Of a DNA stretch of 64,000 nucleotides, positions 7,274-15,069 are shown piece after piece. Both the position numbers and the translations under genes were made by a program. Below the pieces are notes generated by a model. The model was not told the origin of the DNA and did no database searches. It saw only the letters and a program-made list of their open reading frames with translations. The stretch is from Patescibacteria group bacterium. GTDB taxonomy: Bacteria; Patescibacteriota; Patescibacteriia; Magasanikbacterales; GWA2-37-8. Each line of letters opens with the position of its first letter. Position 1 is the stretch's first letter. The stretch is from positions 111,929-175,928 of the forward strand of contig SCQK01000013.1 in assembly GCA_004321885.1 (NCBI GenBank). The letters are read 5' to 3'.

Positions 7274-10117
7274 TTACTGGCCGTGACAGCGCTTGTATTT
7301 CTTCCCGCTGCCGCAAGGGCAAGGGTCGTTGCGGCCCACCACTTTGCCGGCCTCGTCGCGCACTTTTTTCCCGGCCGGCGCGGCGCCGTTGTCGCTGGTC
7401 TTGCTGGCCCCGCTAAACATCAGATTCCCCGCCTGCATCACCGACGGCGCTATCTGTATTCCCAAATTTACTTTATAAACCAAATACACCACTTCTTTTT
7501 GAATGTAATTAAGCAGTTCGTTGAACATCCGGTAGGTTTCTTTTTTGTATTCCACCAGCGGGTCGTGCTGGGCATAGCCGCGCAGGCCAATGCCGGTGCG
7601 CAAATAATCCACGGCCACCAAATGTTCCACCCACAGATTGTCTATGGCGCGCAGCAATACTTGTTTTTCTATCTCGGCCATCATCTCGGGCGGGGCTTGT
7701 TTGACCAGCAGTTCCTCGTATTTATACTTGGCCGTTTCTATCAAAAATTCTATGAGTTGCGTCCTAATCGTAACATCATCAACCCGCCCGCCCACCGGCG
7801 GGGCGCCAAATTCTCCGATTTTTTTCTTTTCATCGTCAGACAGCGGGAAAATGGTCGTCATTGTTTCGGCAATTTCTTTCACATTCCAGTCACTGCGGTC
7901 TTCGGCGTTGGTATGGAACGAAACCACCTCTTCAATTTCCTGTTCTATCATTTCCAAAATCATGACGCGCAAATTTTTTACCCCCTCTTTCGTCTCCCCC
8001 TTATCAAGGGGGAGAGAAGCGGTGGACGTCTCCGCCATATCACGAGAGAGAGAAGCGGTTGATTCAAAAGCGCGCAATACCTCGCGCCGTTTGCCGTAAA
8101 TCACCTCGCGGTGCTTGTTGAGCACGTCATCGTACTCCAGCAAATGTTTGCGCGTGTCAAAATGCAAACCCTCCACTTTGCGCTGGGCGCTTTCTATAAT
8201 GCGCGTAATCATCCCCTGCTCTATGGGCATGTCATCTGGCACTTTAAGGGCGTTCATTACCCCGCGTATTCTGTCGCCGGCAAAAATACGCATCAGGTCG
8301 TCTTCGGTGGAAAGGAAAAATTGCGACTGCCCCGGGTCGCCCTGGCGCCCGCTGCGGCCGCGCAACTGGTTGTCTATACGCCGGCTCTCGTGGCGCTCGG
8401 TGCCCAGCACAAACAAACCGCCGGCCGCGCGCACGCGCCCGGCTTCTTCGGGTACAGGCGGATTACCGCCCAAAATTATATCCACTCCCCTGCCGGCCAT
8501 GTTGGTGGCCAGGGTCACGCGCCCGGGCTGGCCGGCCTGCGCGATTATCTCGCCCTCGCGCTCATGATTCTTGGCGTTTAGAATTTCATGCGCTATTCCC
8601 TCTCTTTGCAAATGCAAACTCAAGGCCTCGTTTTTCTCCACTGATACCGTGCCTATCAAAACCGGCTGGCCCTTGGCCTGTAATTCTTTTACCATCTGGG
8701 CGATGGCCTTGTGCTTGGCCTCTTCGGTTTTATAAATCCTGTCCGGAAAATTCGTGCGCTGGCTGGGTTTGTTCGGCGGAATTACCACCACTTCCAGTTT
8801 GTAAATTTTGCCGAACTCTTCGGCCTCGGTGACGGCCGTGCCGGTCATGCCCGACAGCTTTTCGTACAAACGGAAATAATTTTGAAAAGTAACCGTGGCC
8901 ATGGTCTGACTTTCATGTTGAATGACCACGTTTTCTTTGGCTTCTATGGCCTGATGCAAGCCCTCGCTATAGCGGCGGCCCGGCATTTTGCGGCCGGTAA
9001 ATTCGTCCACTATGAGCACCTCGCTGTTTTCCACGATATAGTCGCGGTCGCGCAAGAAAAGCGTCTGCGCCCGCAAAGCCTGCTCCACGTGGTGCACGGT
9101 ACGCACCCCGCCCTCGGCGTAAATATTGTCCACGCCCAGCCATTTTTCCATTTTAGCGATGCCGGCTTCGGAAAGCGTGGCCGAGCGCATTTTTTCGTCT
9201 ATGTTAAAGTCCTCGTTTTCTTTCAAGCGGCGCACCAGCTCGGCGAATTTGTAATACATGTCGGCCGCTTTTTCGGCCGGCGCGGAAATAATCAAGGGGG
9301 TGCGGGCTTCGTCTATTAAAATGGAGTCAACCTCGTCCACGATGGCGTAAAAAAACGGCCGCTGTACCATCTCGCTCAAATTTTGCACCATGTTGTCGCG
9401 CAAATAATCAAAGCCATATTCGTTGTTGGTGCCATAAGTGACGTCGCAGCCGTAGGCCTCTTGGCGCGAGCAGGGTTCCAAAAATTCCGTTTCCACTTTG
9501 TACATTCCTTTGGCGTCGCGTTCTTTGTCTGCTTCACTGCCCTCCTGTAACCCCACCCCCTGCCACCACACCAAAGATTTTGGTGTGGTGGCCTGCCCAT
9601 CCCCTAATAGGGGAGGGGTTTTTGCGTAGCGAAAAGAAACACCAAGCTGTTGAATCACGCCCACGCTCAATCCCAAAGCATCATATATCTGCCCCATCCA
9701 CACAGCGTCGCGTTTGGCCAAATAATCATTCACAGTCACCACGTGCACTCCCCTGCCGGCCAAGCCGTTTAGATACACAGGCAAGGTAGCCACCAGGGTT
9801 TTGCCCTCGCCAGTGCCCATCTCAGCGATAGCGCCGCTATGCAAAGCCATGCCGCCCTTTAGCTGGACGTCAAAATGGCGCATACCAGTCAAACGTTTTG
9901 ATGTTTCGCGCACCACGGCAAACGCCTCGGGCAAAATATCGTCCAGGGTGGCGCCGTCGGCCAAACGCTTTTTGAACTCATCGGTTTTGCCCCGCAACTG
10001 TTCCAAACTCAAAGACGCCATCCCGCTTTCCAGGGCATTGATTCTTTCCACGAGCGGCTTGTATCCGGCAATCACTTTCGCATTCGGGTCGCCAAAAATT
10101 CTGCTAAAAAAAGACAT
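7274..10117 (-). CDS. secA: preprotein translocase ATPase SecA (start at MSFFSRIFGD; the ORF track extends to 10228)
   Basis: N-terminus MSFFSRIFGDPNAKVIAGYKP. Walker A GEGKT, the DEAD-like motor, YGTNNEYGFDYLRDNM, and the C-terminal zinc finger CPCGSGKKYKRCHG. Two in-frame repeat-element insertions sit at 9563-9620 and 7978-8045. Confidence 0.95.
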   Translation of the reverse strand: MSFFSRIFGDPNAKVIAGYKPLVERINALESGMASLSLEQLRGKTDEFKKRLADGATLDDILPEAFAVVRETSKRLTGMRHFDVQLKGGMALHSGAIAEMGTGEGKTLVATLPVYLNGLAGRGVHVVTVNDYLAKRDAVWMGQIYDALGLSVGVIQQLGVSFRYAKTPPLLGDGQATTPKSLVWWQGVGLQEGSEADKERDAKGMYKVETEFLEPCSRQEAYGCDVTYGTNNEYGFDYLRDNMVQNLSEMVQRPFFYAIVDEVDSILIDEARTPLIISAPAEKAADMYYKFAELVRRLKENEDFNIDEKMRSATLSEAGIAKMEKWLGVDNIYAEGGVRTVHHVEQALRAQTLFLRDRDYIVENSEVLIVDEFTGRKMPGRRYSEGLHQAIEAKENVVIQHESQTMATVTFQNYFRLYEKLSGMTGTAVTEAEEFGKIYKLEVVVIPPNKPSQRTNFPDRIYKTEEAKHKAIAQMVKELQAKGQPVLIGTVSVEKNEALSLHLQREGIAHEILNAKNHEREGEIIAQAGQPGRVTLATNMAGRGVDIILGGNPPVPEEAGRVRAAGGLFVLGTERHESRRIDNQLRGRSGRQGDPGQSQFFLSTEDDLMRIFAGDRIRGVMNALKVPDDMPIEQGMITRIIESAQRKVEGLHFDTRKHLLEYDDVLNKHREVIYGKRREVLRAFESTASLSRDMAETSTASLPLDKGETKEGVKNLRVMILEMIEQEIEEVVSFHTNAEDRSDWNVKEIAETMTTIFPLSDDEKKKIGEFGAPPVGGRVDDVTIRTQLIEFLIETAKYKYEELLVKQAPPEMMAEIEKQVLLRAIDNLWVEHLVAVDYLRTGIGLRGYAQHDPLVEYKKETYRMFNELLNYIQKEVVYLVYKVNLGIQIAPSVMQAGNLMFSGASKTSDNGAAPAGKKVRDEAGKVVGRNDPCPCGSGKKYKRCHGQ
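9563..9620. repeat. CCACCACACCAAA...TTTGGTGTGGTGG hairpin plus CCCCTAATAGGGGAGGGG hairpin inserted in frame in secA (near-identical copy at 30724-30777)
   Basis: Encodes ...TPPLLGDGQATTPKSLVWWQGVGLQEG... in a SecA loop that is about 10 aa long in E. coli. Confidence 0.85.
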
Positions 10118-10248
10118 AGAACCACTAATCTTTTTCGCTAATCTCACTAATCGCGAACGCCGTAATTCTATCATATTTACGCGGAAAAGCAAGGGGTCGC
10201 GCGGTACACTGGCTCGCGCGATGAACAAATTTATGCTATAATATCCCC

Positions 10249-11970
10249 ATGGCCGAAAACATCTTTTTGCAAATAAGCCTGCTGTTGGCCCTCACGGTGG
10301 GCGCGGCTTTCATTCTGCGCCTCCTGCGCCAGCCCCTGATTATCGCTTACCTGGCCGTGGGCGTGCTGGCCGGCCCCATGTTTTTCAATCTGCTCAAAGG
10401 CGGGGCAAATGTTTACGACGCGTTCGCCAAAATCGGCGTGGTGCTTTTGCTGTTTGTCGTGGGCCTCAATCTCAATCTCGGCTATCTCAAAAAAATCGGC
10501 AAAGTGGCCATCATCACCGGCCTGGCCCAGGTTACGCTCACCGCTCTCATCGGCATGGCCATCTTGCAGGCGCTCAAATTTTCCCTGCTCTCTTCCATCT
10601 ATCTGGCCGTCGCCATCACCTTTTCTTCCACCATCATCATCACCAAGCTGCTCAATGAAAAAAAACACACTGAAAGCATGTACGGCCGCTATGTCATCGG
10701 CCTGATGCTGATGCAGGATTTTGTCGCCATTATTATAATGATGATTCTGGGCATCACCCGCCAGCAGGCCGAATTTTCCGCCGGCGCGCCCCTGGCCCTG
10801 AAAATTATTTTTCTGGCTGGCTTTATTCTGGCTCTAACAAAATACATTGCCCCCGCCATCTTAAAACGCGTGGCCGACTCCGGGGAATTTTTGTTTGTCT
10901 TTACCCTGGCCTGGTGCCTGGGCATCGCCAGCATCACCTATTGGCTGGGCTTTCCGGTGGAAGTCGGGGCCATCATCGCCGGCCTCACCCTGGGCTCAAC
11001 GCCCTATCAGCCAGAAATTTCCAGCCGCGTCAAACCATTGCGCGATTTTTTCATTGTTTTGTTTTTCATCATTCTGGGCGGCAGTTTGGAGCTAAACAAT
11101 TTGCGCGCTTCCCTCGCGCCCGGCCTCATTCTTTCGCTTTATATCCTCATTGGCAACCCGCTCATTCTTTACATCCTTTATCGCCTGCACAAATTCAACC
11201 GTCGCAACAGCTTTTTATCGGCCCTTACCGCGGCCCAGGTGAGCGAGTTCGGCTTTATATTGCTTTACACCGGCGCCGGCATCGGCCACCTGGGGAAAAA
11301 CGAGATTCCTGTTTTTACTCTGGTTGCCTTAATCACAATCTTCATTTCTTCCTACCTTATTACTTACAATGAAAGAATTTATCATTTTTTGAAGCCGTTT
11401 TTTGCCCTGTTCGGCAAAGACAACCGAACGCAAAAAGAAGACGATGCCGCCTCTTATGATGTCTGGGTCTTCGGCTATCATCGCATCGGCTGGAAGGTTT
11501 GCGAAGCATTGATTGAAAAAAAGATTAAATTCGCGGTGGTGGATTACAATCCGGAAATTATTTCCAAATTAAAAAAACGCGGGGTGCCCAGTTATTTCGG
11601 CGATGCCTCGGATATAGAATTTTTAGACGCCTTGCCTCTGGGCGAGGCTAAACTTATTATTTCCACTTTGCCCACGGTAGAAGACCAGCGCGCCCTGATA
11701 GCGCATGTAAAGCACAACGGCAAAATTAGACGCGGGCGGGCGCGCCAGGCCCCGTTTTTCATCGCCAGCTTGTACGACGACGCCTACCTACAGGAGCTGT
11801 ATGAAATGGGCGCGGATTATGTGATGATGCCGCATCTGCTGGGCGGCCAGCGCATTTACGATGTTTTGAAACGCGGGCATTGGGCCAAAGAAGGCTTGAA
11901 AAAATTAAGGCAGTACCAAAAAGACGAGCATAATTCGCGCTTTGAGGCGCTGGGCGCCCGCCATTGTTAA
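10249..11970 (+). CDS. CPA2-family cation:proton antiporter (KefB-like) with a C-terminal RCK/TrkA-N domain
   Basis: 573 aa with about 12 TM helices, followed by a Rossmann-type TrkA-N segment (VWVFGYHRIGWKVCEALIEKKIKFAVVD). Confidence 0.8.
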   Translation: MAENIFLQISLLLALTVGAAFILRLLRQPLIIAYLAVGVLAGPMFFNLLKGGANVYDAFAKIGVVLLLFVVGLNLNLGYLKKIGKVAIITGLAQVTLTALIGMAILQALKFSLLSSIYLAVAITFSSTIIITKLLNEKKHTESMYGRYVIGLMLMQDFVAIIIMMILGITRQQAEFSAGAPLALKIIFLAGFILALTKYIAPAILKRVADSGEFLFVFTLAWCLGIASITYWLGFPVEVGAIIAGLTLGSTPYQPEISSRVKPLRDFFIVLFFIILGGSLELNNLRASLAPGLILSLYILIGNPLILYILYRLHKFNRRNSFLSALTAAQVSEFGFILLYTGAGIGHLGKNEIPVFTLVALITIFISSYLITYNERIYHFLKPFFALFGKDNRTQKEDDAASYDVWVFGYHRIGWKVCEALIEKKIKFAVVDYNPEIISKLKKRGVPSYFGDASDIEFLDALPLGEAKLIISTLPTVEDQRALIAHVKHNGKIRRGRARQAPFFIASLYDDAYLQELYEMGADYVMMPHLLGGQRIYDVLKRGHWAKEGLKKLRQYQKDEHNSRFEALGARHC

Positions 11971-12030
11971 GTTTTGAATATTAAAAACTCGCACACGAAA
12001 ACATAGAAAAAGATATCCACAGCCCCGCGC

Positions 12031-12059
12031 TTGACACTAAGCGGGGTGTAAAGTATCAT
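12031..12059 (+). promoter_or_regulatory. consensus sigma70-type promoter (TTGACA-N17-TATCAT) driving the GC-rich island gene
   Basis: TTGACA at 12031-12036, a 17-nt spacer, then TATCAT at 12054-12059. It is followed by a ~110-nt leader with several hairpins (ccgtc-ggtt-gacgg, agggct...agccct, ctcgc-atga-gcgag) and GGAGAG 5 nt before the ATG. Confidence 0.5.
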
Positions 12060-12173
12060 ATACCGGCTTCGGAAAGTGGTAACGGGCCCATCCGTCGGTT
12101 GACGGAGAATTAGGGCTACGTGCCAATCCTCTAAAGCCCTCGCATGAGCGAGGCAACGAACAAGGAGAGACGG

Positions 12174-12557
12174 ATGGAAACCAAGACGCAGAAGGGGAAC
12201 CTCGCCGTGCCCGTCATCGCCCCCGACACGGACCAGCTCCAAAAGGCAATCTTCACGCACGAGCCCACCCCGATCGTCTACAAGAACGAGAAGGGCGAGC
12301 TGGTGCGCTGCTGGGCGGCCTTCAACGCCGTCCACGCCGAGACCGCCGACAAGAGCGTGTTCGTGCTGCGGGGCAAGATCGTGGCCGGCGACGCGAACTT
12401 CCTGCGCGCGCACGAGAACGCGGTGCGCCGGAACTACGAGGCGTCCCTCATCTACAAGCTCGGGCAGGACTACGCCCAGCTGGAGATGTGGGACAAGTCC
12501 GGCAAGGACGAGATCCCGCCGGGCACGTTCTCGAGCGACGACCACCGCGCGCGATAG
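12174..12557 (+). CDS. hypothetical protein (127 aa) in a very GC-rich foreign-looking island
   Basis: Start METKTQKGN, preceded by AAGGAGAG. Third-position GC is very high (GAG/CTC/GCC/CGC codons), unlike the rest of the window. A ~180-nt 3' UTR ends in the terminator gacc-cagcaacagca-ggtc-T6. The antisense 265-aa ORF 11967..12764 is a composition artefact. Confidence 0.55.
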   Translation: METKTQKGNLAVPVIAPDTDQLQKAIFTHEPTPIVYKNEKGELVRCWAAFNAVHAETADKSVFVLRGKIVAGDANFLRAHENAVRRNYEASLIYKLGQDYAQLEMWDKSGKDEIPPGTFSSDDHRAR

Positions 12558-12747
12558 CGCCACCGACAGAACCACGGCGCTAACCGCAACCGCACATTCC
12601 CACCAGTCGTCCCCTCCCCAATTCGGGACGCATCTCACAGTAGACTGTGAACCCCATCGCGACACGCGTCGCGGTAGCGCGGTTCCCTCTGCGAGACACA
12701 ACACAAGAGGCCCGACCCAGCAACAGCAGGTCGGTCTTTTTCGTTTA

Positions 12748-12776
12748 CAAAAAACCCCGCTCATTGCGGGGTCTAT
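12748..12776 (-). terminator. intrinsic terminator for the 12808..13449 gene
   Basis: On the minus strand: CCCCGCAATGAGCGGGG followed by TTTTTT. Confidence 0.6.
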
Positions 12777-12807
12777 AGCTTTATAACTTGATAACTTTCT
12801 ACTTCAA

Positions 12808-13449
12808 TCACGGTTCCACCAAAATCTGCGCCGCGCCGCCGCCATCGCACGTGATGAAGAACTTGCCCACATACTTGGCCGTGGCAATGGCGAAACCGTA
12901 TTTGGGCACATAGTACGACTGCTTGCCGAAAGCAACGGTGTGCGCCTTGGCATCGCGGTTGTCCAGCATAAACTGCTTGCCTTTTTTCATGGTCAAAGAC
13001 CCGGGCGTGCCTTTGCATTTATAAAACTGATAATAATACCCGGATTTGCGATAGATACTTAAAGCCTTAGTGTAACTTAATGTGGCCGAAGGGCTGACGC
13101 CTGTTTTAGCGCCAGTACCCGTAACACCACCTGTGCCTGGCACCGTGGATGCGGCGGTAGTGGCGGTAGTGGCGGTTTTATCCGTGGACGGCTGTTCCCC
13201 TGCCTCGGTAGTGGTCGCGGTCTGCTCTTCGCCCGGCGCCGGACTGACGGCCGGTTTCTTGCCCCATTTATTCCAGGCCAGCAAAGCCACCACAATCGCC
13301 ACAATCACGATAATTGTGGGCAGATTGCCTTTTTTGTCCGCCGGCGGCGCTTCGGGCGCCGACTGCCCGCCTGTTGGCGGGTTTCCCGCTCCGCCAACTG
13401 GCGGATTGGTATTTTGGTTGTCCATAAAGTCAAAAATTACATTACTCAC
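12808..13449 (-). CDS. membrane-anchored secreted protein with a T/A/P-rich linker (GTG start)
   Basis: GGAGGGAAAGT then GTG. N-terminal TM (LPTIIVIVAIVVALLAW), a low-complexity linker, and a ~100-aa C-terminal globular domain. TTGACT-N17-TATATT promoter at about 13455-13490(-). Confidence 0.6.
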   Translation of the reverse strand: MSNVIFDFMDNQNTNPPVGGAGNPPTGGQSAPEAPPADKKGNLPTIIVIVAIVVALLAWNKWGKKPAVSPAPGEEQTATTTEAGEQPSTDKTATTATTAASTVPGTGGVTGTGAKTGVSPSATLSYTKALSIYRKSGYYYQFYKCKGTPGSLTMKKGKQFMLDNRDAKAHTVAFGKQSYYVPKYGFAIATAKYVGKFFITCDGGGAAQILVEP

Positions 13450-13561
13450 ACTTTCCCTCCGCTATCATCAATATACCCCAACCCGCTCAAAAAGTCAACG
13501 ATTGCGGGATCCCCGCCGCGTTTACAAAAAATCCCCGACTTAGCCGGGAATTTTTTACTTG

Positions 13562-13632
13562 CAGGGGCTGAGGGAATCGGACCCCCAACTTCTCTTTTGG
13601 AGAGAGGTGTTATACCACTTAACTAAGCCCCC
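13562..13632 (-). tRNA. tRNA-Trp (anticodon CCA)
   Basis: Reverse complement: GGGGGCT-TA-GTTA-AGTGGTA-TAAC-A-CCTCT-CTCCAAA-AGAGA-AGTT-GGGGG-TCCGATT-CCCTC-AGCCCCT-G. It is followed on the minus strand by the hairpin CCCGGCTAAGTCGGGG plus T6 (13520-13550). Confidence 0.8.
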
Positions 13633-13649
13633 GAGAGGGGCGGCTCTTA

Positions 13650-13805
13650 TTATTTCGTCTCTTTGTGCATGGTATGTTTTTTGCAATGCCGGCAGAATTT
13701 TTTCATCTCCAAGCGGTTTTTGAGAGTTTTTTTGTTGCGGGTGCTGAAATAATTCGCGCGCTTGCATTGCGAGCATTCCAACTTGGCCAAATTATCTTGA
13801 GACAT
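13650..13805 (-). CDS. rpmG: 50S ribosomal protein L33, absent from the ORF track
   Basis: [51 protein letters not shown]. This has the typical L33 length, the CxxC...CxxC zinc ribbon and the KNxxxRLExKKyC motif. Confidence 0.9.
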   Translation of the reverse strand: MSQDNLAKLECSQCKRANYFSTRNKKTLKNRLEMKKFCRHCKKHTMHKETK

Positions 13806-13830
13806 AATAAAATATTAGGCTTGGTGGAGT

Positions 13831-13860
13831 GTAGCACACTTCACGCGAATTGTCAAAATT
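13831..13860 (-). promoter_or_regulatory. sigma70-type promoter for rpmG (TTGACA-N17-TACACT)
   Basis: Minus-strand reading TTGACAATTCGCGTGAAGTGTGCTACACT, about 25 nt upstream of the rpmG ATG. Confidence 0.55.
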
Positions 13861-13911
13861 ATTTCCCTCTTGACAACTCATACACAGGAGGTATGATAAA
13901 AGTAGACGAAC

Positions 13912-14127
13912 CTTTTATTTCATACTGTATGGGGACGCGAAAGTGCGGGCGCGCCTAGGCTAACCGAGGCGCCTCTTTACAAGGAACCGCTGGCTGAAAA
14001 ACAACCGGTTCGGGGCAAGAGTCCCGAAACAAGCGCTTGGCGCACGGATTGTTTTTCAACCCCAGGTCGGCTGGGTCTGCCCGCAGTGTAGAGTTAAAAA
14101 CAGTCCCGACTTAGTCGGGACTGTTTT
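13912..14127 (+). ncRNA. candidate ~215-nt structured small RNA, divergent from rpmG; class unknown
   Basis: Plus-strand promoter TTGACA (13878-13883), N16, TATGAT. The transcript begins GGGGACGCGAAAGUGCGGGCGCGCC, contains multiple GC hairpins, and ends at the bidirectional terminator cagtcccgac-ttag-tcgggactg plus a U-run (14101-14127). No ORF. Confidence 0.3.
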
Positions 14128-14133
14128 GGCGCG

Positions 14134-14395
14134 AGCCGATGAGCGGATTTGAACCGCTGACCACCTCCTTCGCTTATACTTTATATTGCTATAAAGACTA
14201 GACTGTATCTTTGGCTTATCCTTTACCGGACTTAGCCACCCTTGTCAGTCGTTCGCCCGCGATTAGCGGGACGGTCTTGTCCCAATTTATTTAGGGATAT
14301 TAACCGTTATTCGGGATTCACCACGATGTTTCCATCGTGATGGGCGAGGCTTGCGGCTCACCATGGAGGTGCTCTACCAACTGAGCTACATCGGC
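14134..14395 (-). tRNA. tRNA-Thr (anticodon GGU, tentative) interrupted by a 189-nt group I intron in the anticodon loop
   Basis: Exon 1 at 14360-14395: GCCGATG-TA-GCTC-AGTTGGTA-GAGC-A-CCTCC-ATGGT. Exon 2 at 14134-14170: AA-GGAGG-TGGTC-AGCGG-TTCAAAT-CCGCT-CATCGGC-T. Acceptor and anticodon stems pair perfectly across the insertion. The spliced anticodon loop is AUGGUAA. Confidence 0.75.
14171..14359 (-). mobile_element. group I intron (ORF-less) in tRNA-Thr
   Basis: The 5' exon ends in U and the intron ends in G. Contains CACGATG-GAAA-CATCGTG (GNRA hairpin), CCCGC-TAATC-GCGGG, a P7-like GACTG/CAGTC pair, and AAAGATACAGTCT resembling the conserved group I S element. Confidence 0.6.
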
Positions 14396-14400
14396 ATTTT

Positions 14401-15060
14401 CTAATTTTTTTTATTTTCCAAAATCCTCATTAATTCATCTCTCATTTTTTTATTATGGTAATAAACTGTTAAAACTCCATGTCTACTTTTTTCGCGATAA
14501 GTACCTTTTCTAACAGACATTGTTATCGTGCTTTTGTAAAATTGATTTTTATTTACCTTTATTTGCCCCTTCCAAAACCTTAGCGCTTCAGTCACTGAAA
14601 TGTCATTGAATAACTGAAGGCTAAACTTAAGGTCTTTTCTTCTAATGGAAAAAAATTTAACTAAAAAGTCAATAAATTTCTTGACCAATCTTGGGTCAGT
14701 ATTTCCCAACCTAACTGTGCATTTATCCGCTTTTGTTCCCTCCCCCCAGTATAACCCAAGTCCAAAACCATATAAAATTCCCTCTTTTAATGTATGTGGA
14801 TACTTTATGACAAATGGATCACCGTTTGGGTTATTTTTTTTGTAAATAGCTTCACTGATAGATCTACACGTAATCGAATATTTTTCCATCCAATAACGTA
14901 TTTTATTTACTGAACATTCGAAAATATTGGCAATTTCTTGTGCCGACTTTCCCTGATTTTGATATAATTTTTGCAAAACACCTTTGCTTATCATATCACA
15001 AATTATATCATAGCCGACTGAATAGTACAAGTAACCCCAAGTAGATAATATGGTTGTCAA
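14401..15060 (-). CDS. LAGLIDADG-type homing-endonuclease-like protein with an N-terminal HTH, free-standing between two intron-bearing tRNA genes
   Basis: 219 aa, TTG start 4 nt after AAGG. HTH segment GKSAQEIANIFECSVNKIRYWMEKYSI. Single LAGLIDADG-like motif LYGFGLGLYWGEGTK followed by the typical ...GNTDPRLVKKFIDFLVKFF helix. AT-rich (~33% GC). Spacers to the flanking tRNAs are 5 and 9 nt. Confidence 0.55.
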   Translation of the reverse strand: MTTILSTWGYLYYSVGYDIICDMISKGVLQKLYQNQGKSAQEIANIFECSVNKIRYWMEKYSITCRSISEAIYKKNNPNGDPFVIKYPHTLKEGILYGFGLGLYWGEGTKADKCTVRLGNTDPRLVKKFIDFLVKFFSIRRKDLKFSLQLFNDISVTEALRFWKGQIKVNKNQFYKSTITMSVRKGTYREKSRHGVLTVYYHNKKMRDELMRILENKKN

Positions 15061-15069
15061 TGAACCTTG

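Noticed and set aside
11967-12764. 265-aa minus-strand ORF antisense to the GC-rich island gene
   Set aside because: It lies entirely within the high-GC segment, where stop codons are rare on all frames. It has no RBS or start context, and its sequence is low-complexity and Arg/Ala/Val-rich. The plus-strand gene has a promoter, RBS and terminator. I treat it as a composition artefact.
13930-14100. Possible tmRNA or SRP RNA, because of the GGGG start and GC-rich hairpins
   Set aside because: There is no tRNA-like acceptor/T-arm (GGTTCGA...CCA) as in tmRNA and no tag-peptide reading frame. The SRP domain IV GGAA...AGCAG motif is absent. At about 215 nt the length fits neither well. I kept it only as an unclassified small-RNA candidate.
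13806-14133. Expected tuf gene, by analogy to the conserved tRNA-Thr/Tyr-tuf-rpmG-tRNA-Trp synteny
   Set aside because: No ORF of EF-Tu size or motif exists in this interval. The space is occupied by a promoter, the small-RNA candidate and a terminator.
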